UHGV virus genome: UHGV-0306720
Reading direction: 5' to 3' (one strand)
Length of the DNA stretch: 22,887 bases
From: a virus
The position numbers and the translations under genes were made by a program. The notes beneath the pieces are model-generated. The model did not search any database, was not told the DNA's origin, and saw nothing but the letters and a program-made list of their open reading frames with translations. Within the stretch, counting starts at the first letter, position 1; every line of letters begins with the position of its first letter. This document shows positions 8,524 to 14,852 of the stretch, in pieces.

Positions 8524-9360
8524 TCAGAAGTCAGCCAGCTGGTCGGAGGCTGCACCTGTTGCGGTGAACCGGTTCTGCGGATCGCCGTCCTGCGTGCGCA
8601 GTTTTTCCTTCAGTGCTGCCAGCTCTGTGGTCAGTGACGTAATTTTCTGGCGGTCCTGCTGATGGCGGGTTTCCAGCACATTAAAACGGTCGATAATGTC
8701 GGCCTGTGACGTTGCGACGCCTTCCACCGCTTCCTGAATACGGGAAAAACTGGCGTCATCCGCTTTGCGGCCACGGCCAATAATCCCCATTACGCGGTTA
8801 AACCACTGGGTGCCTTCTTCCTGGCGTTGTTCTGCCATTTCGATGATTTCAGACTCGATGGCTTCGGAGATAAGCGGTGCTTCACCCTGGACACTGTTGA
8901 ACGTCATTACCGCCTGACGTTGCTGTGCCGTAAATTTCAGGCGCTCAGTGCCCAGGCTTGCCGGGGTGTCGGTCATCGCCAGCCCGACCAGATAGGCGCG
9001 CCCGTTAACGGAGAACTGCGGGTGCAGTTCGATACTGGAATAGATTTTCTTGCCGTCCGCGACAAGCTGCTTCATGCGCTCGGTCGGTTCGATTTCTGCA
9101 TACAGCGCAGTACGTCCGGCCAGCGGACCTTCCGTAATGTCTTCTGTACTCAGTGCGGTGACATCGCCCATTGCGGAAAATTCGCTTGACGGGCATGGCG
9201 AGAGATAGTGCTCAACGTTCACGCGGGCAGCGTAAACATCCGGGTTGAAGTTCTCGGCGGCTTCACGCAGATGCACCGGACTGATTTCACGGCCATCAAC
9301 AGTTGATCCGGAGACAGCCACGCGAAACTTTTTGCGGGATGTCTTTTTTTCATTAGCCAT
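8524..9360 (-). CDS. O: Capsid scaffolding protein gpO-like
   Basis: 278 aa, acidic with a coiled-coil C-terminal part; first gene of the leftward late operon, divergent from P. Confidence 0.8.
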   Translation of the reverse strand: MANEKKTSRKKFRVAVSGSTVDGREISPVHLREAAENFNPDVYAARVNVEHYLSPCPSSEFSAMGDVTALSTEDITEGPLAGRTALYAEIEPTERMKQLVADGKKIYSSIELHPQFSVNGRAYLVGLAMTDTPASLGTERLKFTAQQRQAVMTFNSVQGEAPLISEAIESEIIEMAEQRQEEGTQWFNRVMGIIGRGRKADDASFSRIQEAVEGVATSQADIIDRFNVLETRHQQDRQKITSLTTELAALKEKLRTQDGDPQNRFTATGAASDQLADF

Positions 9361-9515
9361 AGTTTTTTGCCCCTCTGACTGGTTCTTCAGTCATGATGGC
9401 AAAGCGTAACAGGCTGATACAAAGGGCTTTTGTTGTAAGAAAACGGCCAGAACAGGGGGTTAAGGAGAACGGTTTCGCGCGCGGGTAATCTTCCTGTAAT
9501 TACTCAGGGGGAGCA
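9361..9515. promoter_or_regulatory. Divergent late-promoter region between O and P
   Basis: 155-bp intergenic region between divergently transcribed capsid and terminase operons, as in P2. Exact promoter and activator sites not resolved. Confidence 0.5.
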
Positions 9516-11267
9516 ATGATTCAGGACGCTTTTGTGCGCCAGCGTGCGCGGCAACTTTACTGGCAGGGGTATCCGCCCGCAGAAATATCACGTCTGATGG
9601 GAATAAACCCGAACACGATTTATGCGTGGAAAAAACGCGACCAGTGGGATGAAACACCACCCGTGCAGCGTGTTACGCAGTCCATCGATGCGCGCCTCAT
9701 CCAGCTTACTGAAAAACAGAATAAAACAGGCGGTGACTTTAAGGAAATAGACCTGCTGACCCGGCAGCTTAAAAAGCTGCATGATGGCCAGCCGGATGTG
9801 ATGACCGCAGGAAAGAAAGGCCGGGCGAAAAAACTCAAAAATCATTTCACGCCGGAACAGATTGCCGCACTGCGGGAAAAAATCATCAGCAGGCTGGAGT
9901 GGCATCAGCGGGGCTGGTTTGACTCCCTGACCCTTTGCAGGGAAGCCGGGATACGTAACAGGATGATCCTGAAATCCCGACAGATTGGGGCGACCTGGTA
10001 TTTTGCACAGGAAGCTCTGCTGATGGCGCTGCGTGACGATGTGGCGCAACCTTACCAGCGTAACCAGATTTTTTTGTCTGCGTCGCGTCGTCAGGCGTTC
10101 CAGTTTAAAAGCATTATTCAGAAGGCCGCGGCTGAAGTTGATGTGGAGCTGAAAGGGGGCGATAAAATCATCCTCTCCAACGGCGCAGAGCTGCATTTTC
10201 TCGGCACTTCTGCTGCGTCGGCACAGTCCTATACGGGCAATTTTTATTTTGATGAATTTTTCTGGGTCAGTCGCTTTGCTGAACTGCGCAAGGTGGCTGG
10301 CGCTATGGCAACCCTCAGCGGACTGCGGCGCACCTACTTCTCCACGCCATCCACCGAAACGCACGAGGCATACGCCTACTGGAACGGCGACCGCTGGAAC
10401 GAGAAAAAGGCCTCGCATAAACGCCAGCGTTTTTCTGTGGACTGGAAAACGCTGCATAACGGGCTTATCTGCCCTGACCGGACGTGGCGGCAAATTGTCA
10501 CGCTGGAAGATGTGGTTAATCACGGCTGGAAACACACCGATATCGACGAAATTCGTGATGAAAACACCGAAGACGAGTTCCTCAATCTCTATATGTGTGA
10601 GTTTGTCCGCGAAGGGGAATCGGCATTTAACCTGAATATCCTGATTGGCTGCGGTGTTGACGGATACGACGACTGGAAAGACTGGAAACCTTTTGCTCCC
10701 CGCCCGATGGGGAATCGTCCGGTATGGATTGGGTATGACGCAAACGGCAGTAGTGGCAACGGCGACAGCGGCGCTGTGTCCGTGGTGGTTCCTCCGGCTG
10801 TTCCTGGTGGCCGTTTTCGAACGGTGGAGACGCGACGCGTTCAGGGGCTGGAGTTTGAAGAACAGGCCAGAGTCATTGAAGAGTTCACGTATCGCTACAA
10901 CGTGGAACACATCGGCATTGATGTGACGGGCGGGAACGGGGAGGCTGTTTATCAGATAGTGAAGCGGTTTTTCCCTGCTGCTATTCCGTACACCTTCACG
11001 CTGTCATCAAAACGGTCGCTGGTACTGAAAATGCTGCAAATAATGCGTGCCGGGCGGTGGGAATACGATCGCGCCGAACGCGAGCTGGTCGCGGCCTTTA
11101 ACGCCGTGCGTAAGGTGAAAACACCGGGCGGCTTTATCACTTACGAAACGGACCGAGCGAGGGGGATCAGCCACGGCGACCTTGCGTGGGCAACCATGCT
11201 TGCTGTCATTAACGAACCGATTGGCGGCGAAGGAGAAAACGAGCGTTTCACGGTTATGGAGTTCTGA
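9516..11267 (+). CDS. P: Terminase large (ATPase) subunit gpP-like
   Basis: 583 aa; N-terminal HTH-like segment (YPPAEISRLMGINPNTIYAWKKR); SD GGGGGAG before the ATG; TGATG overlap with Q. Confidence 0.9.
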   Translation: MIQDAFVRQRARQLYWQGYPPAEISRLMGINPNTIYAWKKRDQWDETPPVQRVTQSIDARLIQLTEKQNKTGGDFKEIDLLTRQLKKLHDGQPDVMTAGKKGRAKKLKNHFTPEQIAALREKIISRLEWHQRGWFDSLTLCREAGIRNRMILKSRQIGATWYFAQEALLMALRDDVAQPYQRNQIFLSASRRQAFQFKSIIQKAAAEVDVELKGGDKIILSNGAELHFLGTSAASAQSYTGNFYFDEFFWVSRFAELRKVAGAMATLSGLRRTYFSTPSTETHEAYAYWNGDRWNEKKASHKRQRFSVDWKTLHNGLICPDRTWRQIVTLEDVVNHGWKHTDIDEIRDENTEDEFLNLYMCEFVREGESAFNLNILIGCGVDGYDDWKDWKPFAPRPMGNRPVWIGYDANGSSGNGDSGAVSVVVPPAVPGGRFRTVETRRVQGLEFEEQARVIEEFTYRYNVEHIGIDVTGGNGEAVYQIVKRFFPAAIPYTFTLSSKRSLVLKMLQIMRAGRWEYDRAERELVAAFNAVRKVKTPGGFITYETDRARGISHGDLAWATMLAVINEPIGGEGENERFTVMEF

Positions 11268-12313
11268 TGAGCAGAAAAAATAAAAAAGTGCGCATGAGTT
11301 CACGCATTGATCTCGCTGATGCGCTCAGGAAAGAATCATCGCTCAGTGCATTCACATTTGATGGTCCTTATCGCCTGACCGGGCATGACCTGCTGGACAA
11401 TATGTACTGTGCTGATAACGGGCGGTGGTATGAAACCCCGGTGGACTGGTACGGTCTGGCAAGAGCAGCCCGGCAAACGTCCTGGCATCAGTCTGCGCTT
11501 TACTTTAAGCGCAATGTATTACTCGGTTGCTACATCCCGCACCCGCTGCTTTCCCGGCAGGATTTCTCGGCGCTGGCGCTGGACTGGTTTGTGTTCGGTA
11601 ACGCATTCCTTGAGCTTCGAAGCAATATGCTCGGCGAACCGCTTAAATTACGGCACGCACTGGCGAAATACATGCGACGCGGAAGCGATCTTGAATCATG
11701 GTGGTATGTGCAGGATGGCAAGGACGCGTTCCAGTTTCGCCCTGGCAAAGTGTGCCACCTGATGAATCCGGACATTAACCAGGAAATTTATGGCATGCCG
11801 GAATATCTCGGCGCATTACTCTCGGCCAGCCTGTCTCATTCGGCGGACATGTTCAGAAAACTGTATTACGACAATGGATCCCACGCCGGGTGCATCATCT
11901 ACATCGGTGCAGCGCAGGTAAACCGCGAAAGCATGGACTCCCTGAAAGAAACGTTACAGGGTGCGCGTGGTGGTGGCGCGTTTAAAAACGTGCTCATCCA
12001 TGCGCCCAACGGGGGCAAAGAGGGGGTGCAAATTTTGCCGTTCCAGCAGATCACCGCAAAGGATGAGTTCATGAATGTTAAGGCGGCATCCCGTGATGAT
12101 GTGCTGGCTGCGCACCGCGTTCCGCCGCAACTGATGGGGGCGATGCCGGGCGAAAAAAGTGCGTTTGGTGATGTGGAGAAGGCCGCGCGGGTTTACGCAA
12201 TTAACGAGCTGATGCCCGTCATGGAGGCCATGAAGCACATCAATGACTGGCTTGGCGAAGAGGTGATCCGCTTTAACCCTTACGCACTGTTAGACACCCA
12301 GCCCACATCCTGA
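11267..12313 (+). CDS. Q: Portal protein gpQ-like
   Basis: 348 aa, close to the P2 Q length, coupled to P, last gene before the cos region. Confidence 0.85.
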   Translation: MSRKNKKVRMSSRIDLADALRKESSLSAFTFDGPYRLTGHDLLDNMYCADNGRWYETPVDWYGLARAARQTSWHQSALYFKRNVLLGCYIPHPLLSRQDFSALALDWFVFGNAFLELRSNMLGEPLKLRHALAKYMRRGSDLESWWYVQDGKDAFQFRPGKVCHLMNPDINQEIYGMPEYLGALLSASLSHSADMFRKLYYDNGSHAGCIIYIGAAQVNRESMDSLKETLQGARGGGAFKNVLIHAPNGGKEGVQILPFQQITAKDEFMNVKAASRDDVLAAHRVPPQLMGAMPGEKSAFGDVEKAARVYAINELMPVMEAMKHINDWLGEEVIRFNPYALLDTQPTS

Positions 12314-12770
12314 CGCGCTTCGCTTGTCTGCTGCTTCGCCGGGGCATAAAAAATTTATGCCCCGGCTCTCCAGCTCCTGTATCAGTCAGATAATTTCACG
12401 ACGCTTTCCTGCTGATTGCCATCATCGACAGTCAGACTCTTACGCAATCCCACCGCGTTGACTGCATGTTCTCGCCGTCTCAGTGCGATTTTGACGGCCT
12501 TACCTTTCACCCCATCAAATCAAAAGCCCTCACGTCTTTTTCACGCTCAGCGTGAGAAAGACAGCCATTCTGTTGTGTCGCTGCGACATCGTTCAGGGGA
12601 TGCTATTTACCCCCTGAAACGCGGGCTGTTCCCCCGTCACCTGCGCGCAGAAAAAACGCGTTTTTTTGTGCACGTACGGATCCCTGACGGATCCAGCCAC
12701 CACGCGGGCCGGAAGTACAAAAAGTCGTTCAAAAAAATTGTGCAAACTTGTGCACTATCGTGCAAACAAA
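12314..12770. other. Presumed cos/packaging region (joined cohesive ends); exact cos site not identified
   Basis: Non-coding stretch right after the portal gene where P2 has cos. Perfect 10-bp-arm hairpin at 12341-12363, palindromes at 12534-12562, 12592-12618 and 12649-12668, direct repeats ACGGATCC x2 (12676-12694) and TGTGCA-type repeats (12738-12767). Confidence 0.4.
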
Positions 12771-12792
12771 AAAAGCGCCTTATCGGCGCTTC
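12764..12792 (-). terminator. Rho-independent terminator downstream of the 89-aa ORF
   Basis: AGCGCC-TTATC-GGCGCT hairpin; plus-strand A7 immediately upstream gives a U7 tract after the hairpin on the minus strand. Confidence 0.55.
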
Positions 12793-12799
12793 AAAAGTA

Positions 12800-13069
12800 T
12801 CAATTGTTGCTGTGTATTAATCGCCAACCACGAACATATGCTTCATAGGCATCTCTGTGCCTTACAGTTCCAGCCTGGCTAAACGGAATGTTAGCTAAAA
12901 CTAAATCATTCTGAGCCATAGCGCGTCCTTCAAGCGCATCTTTTATGCCTAGCTCAAAAGCACAGGCAGCGCATTTGTGCCGACCTTCTTGTCCTTGATA
13001 TTCAGGGAGAGACAGAAATGTTGGATTATAACGATGAGGGTTCTTGCAAATACCTGTTTTAGCCCGCAC
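12800..13069 (-). CDS. Hypothetical 89-aa protein with Cys/His cluster (GTG start)
   Basis: ORF in the AT-rich island with its own terminator; motif C-x4-H...H-K-C-A-A-C suggests metal binding. SD-like GAGGT 9 nt before the GTG. No family recognised. Confidence 0.35.
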   Translation of the reverse strand: MRAKTGICKNPHRYNPTFLSLPEYQGQEGRHKCAACAFELGIKDALEGRAMAQNDLVLANIPFSQAGTVRHRDAYEAYVRGWRLIHSNN

Positions 13070-13199
13070 TTTATTTACCTCATAGGAAAAATATGCGTGC
13101 CTTTACAGAGGTGCGTGTAAGCAATAAAATATACGACGCACATTTTGATTTACTTCGGAAGGCACGCATATCAGGTTAAGTGAGTCCGACCGAGTTTTA

Positions 13200-13232
13200 C
13201 GCCCCAATAGTTGCTGCTATTGGGGCGTTTTG
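13200..13232 (+). terminator. Hairpin with 11-bp perfect stem followed by TTTTG
   Basis: CGCCCCAATAG-TTGCTG-CTATTGGGGCG then TTTTG on the plus strand, just downstream of the 28-codon plus-strand ORF. Confidence 0.5.
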
Positions 13233-13433
13233 CATGGACAATGCCGCGCAATTATCTTGTCGCTCACAATGCGAACGATCTTACAAAAAGGCACATTACT
13301 GTCAAGATAATTGATCGTTTTAATCGATAGATAATAGACAATCTATTTGTTTAACAGATCGATTATTGAAGTAAGTGTGCCAAATGGAATGATACTGTCT
13401 CTATAAACGTGAGCATTTTTCGCGCAGATGCTT

Positions 13434-13745
13434 TTACTCAGGAAATAACGCCCGGATATTCCCAGCCATCTGGCTGGTTATCTTAGCCACTGGTGCAGAC
13501 TGTGCTTCAAACTTTTTTGAGCTGATTTGTGTCACAGGTAACATCTCATCATCAGCCCATGCGGCCAGTCGGTAAGCCTCTGCCGGATTCGTCTTCAGAA
13601 GTGCCAGCCCGGCCAGAAAAGCCACGCGTTGGCCGCTTTTGCGGGCTTCTGGTGTAAGGCTGTCCAGCCAAGCGCATGCTTCTCCTTCGTTCTTGACGGC
13701 AGCTGGCTTCAGATAGAAACTTATTCTTCTGGTTGGTGTCGTCAT
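13434..13745 (-). CDS. parR: ParR/StbB-like partition adaptor (103 aa)
   Basis: RRISFYLKPAAVKNEGEACAWLDSLTPEARKSGQRVAFLAGLALL resembles the plasmid R1 ParR N-terminal region as recalled. Begins 4 nt after the parM-like stop with SD AAGGAG. Confidence 0.7.
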   Translation of the reverse strand: MTTPTRRISFYLKPAAVKNEGEACAWLDSLTPEARKSGQRVAFLAGLALLKTNPAEAYRLAAWADDEMLPVTQISSKKFEAQSAPVAKITSQMAGNIRALFPE

Positions 13746-13749
13746 TGGT

Positions 13750-14709
13750 TTACTCCTTGTTCATTGCGTACAGCCCATTAACCAGAGCAAATTGTGGCCC
13801 CCCGTCCGCGATGAAAGTCGCATTAACTCCGCAGGCTTCGCGGATAGCGGGTGCCACAATCTCCGCCCCGCCACCGACAACCATCACCCGCCCGTAACCC
13901 GAAAAAACCGCCAGCGCGCGGATCACGCGTTGTTTCAGTGTTTCTTCCTTTTCACGAATAACCGCCATCAGGCTGGCGTAATGCGCGTCATTGTGGATGT
14001 GCTGGCGCAGCCAGGCTTCATCATGGCGATGTTCGATAATGGTATTGGCGATGTGGTGACTGGTGCGCATACCGTTAGTGGCCATCACCGACAGTACGGC
14101 ATCGGCCATAAGAGAAACGCCTACGTGTGGATCGCAAAACACCTGGCTGATACCTGCCAGTTGCCCCTGAACCTTTGCCACATCCAGCGTGGTTCCGCCC
14201 AAATCCACAATCAACAGGGATTCAAACGGACTCATGTCAGCCAGTGCCTTAAAGCCAGCCGGAATGGATTCAGGCATAACCCGTACGTTACGGATAGTGA
14301 ATGCTTCGCCGTTCTGGTACTCCACCGGGCGCATGACGTTCGCTTTTTTGCGGTTGATGTTGGCCATGTCCGGCTGTGCGTTTGTATCGAAATACTCGCT
14401 CAGTGGCAGGGTGACAACCACATCCACTTCCTGTGGTGTGATGCCTGATTTGACCAGCGCGTGATGAATGGCAATTACATTCACATCGCTGTACTGGTAT
14501 TGCGTGTCGGTCGTCTGGACAAAGCGATCGCTGACCGGATCAAAACCATAGCGCACGCCATCAAGCATGTAGTTCGCGGGCTGCGTGCCACCGAATGGCG
14601 CAGACCATTCCGACTTGAAGCTGTTCGGGCTGATGGCGTTGCGGCGTTCGCCGTTCTCAGTCCATGCCAGCTTGATGTTGGTGGAGCCGTCGTCGATACA
14701 AATTTTCAT
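13750..14709 (-). CDS. parM: Actin-like segregation ATPase, ParM/StbA family (319 aa)
   Basis: MKICIDDGSTNIKLAW, YSDVNVIAIHHAL, VMPESIPAG, LIVDLGGTTLDV and VMVVGGGAEI are the actin-fold motifs and resemble plasmid R1 ParM/StbA along the whole length, as recalled. Confidence 0.85.
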   Translation of the reverse strand: MKICIDDGSTNIKLAWTENGERRNAISPNSFKSEWSAPFGGTQPANYMLDGVRYGFDPVSDRFVQTTDTQYQYSDVNVIAIHHALVKSGITPQEVDVVVTLPLSEYFDTNAQPDMANINRKKANVMRPVEYQNGEAFTIRNVRVMPESIPAGFKALADMSPFESLLIVDLGGTTLDVAKVQGQLAGISQVFCDPHVGVSLMADAVLSVMATNGMRTSHHIANTIIEHRHDEAWLRQHIHNDAHYASLMAVIREKEETLKQRVIRALAVFSGYGRVMVVGGGAEIVAPAIREACGVNATFIADGGPQFALVNGLYAMNKE

Positions 14710-14744
14710 GTCGCTTTTCCTTATGTTGATTAATTAATCGGTTA

Positions 14745-14852
14745 CAGGATTTTTAAATCCCGCTTTTGCCTGTTTTGTGCGCGCTTCATATATCGCGGCG
14801 CGTTTTTTGCTCATTTACGGGATTTGTGAGTCCCGTTTCTGTCTGTTTTTTG
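14745..14852. repeat. Two ~35-bp imperfect direct repeats (27/35 identical), each with an internal dyad, 73 bp apart
   Basis: CAGGATTTTTAAATCCCGCTTTTGCCTGTTTTGTG (14745-14779) versus CGGGATTTGTGAGTCCCGTTTCTGTCTGTTTTTTG (14818-14852). The first lies between the A stop and the parM start; the second lies within the last codons of A. Confidence 0.6.

Noticed and set aside
9361-9515. Canonical late-activator dyad (TGT-N12-ACA) in the O-P divergent region
   Set aside because: Manual scan found TGT and ACA elements but not at the 12-bp spacing; late promoters are still expected here but sites are not called.
9588-10910. 440-aa minus-strand ORF
   Set aside because: Entirely antisense to the terminase large-subunit gene; low-complexity translation; no start context.
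12620-12648. Match to the P2 cohesive-end sequence
   Set aside because: Only about half of the positions agree with the P2 cos as recalled; too weak to call.
12416-12820. 134-aa plus-strand ORF across the cos region
   Set aside because: Spans palindromes and repeat motifs, has no ribosome-binding site and an atypical composition; more likely non-coding packaging DNA.
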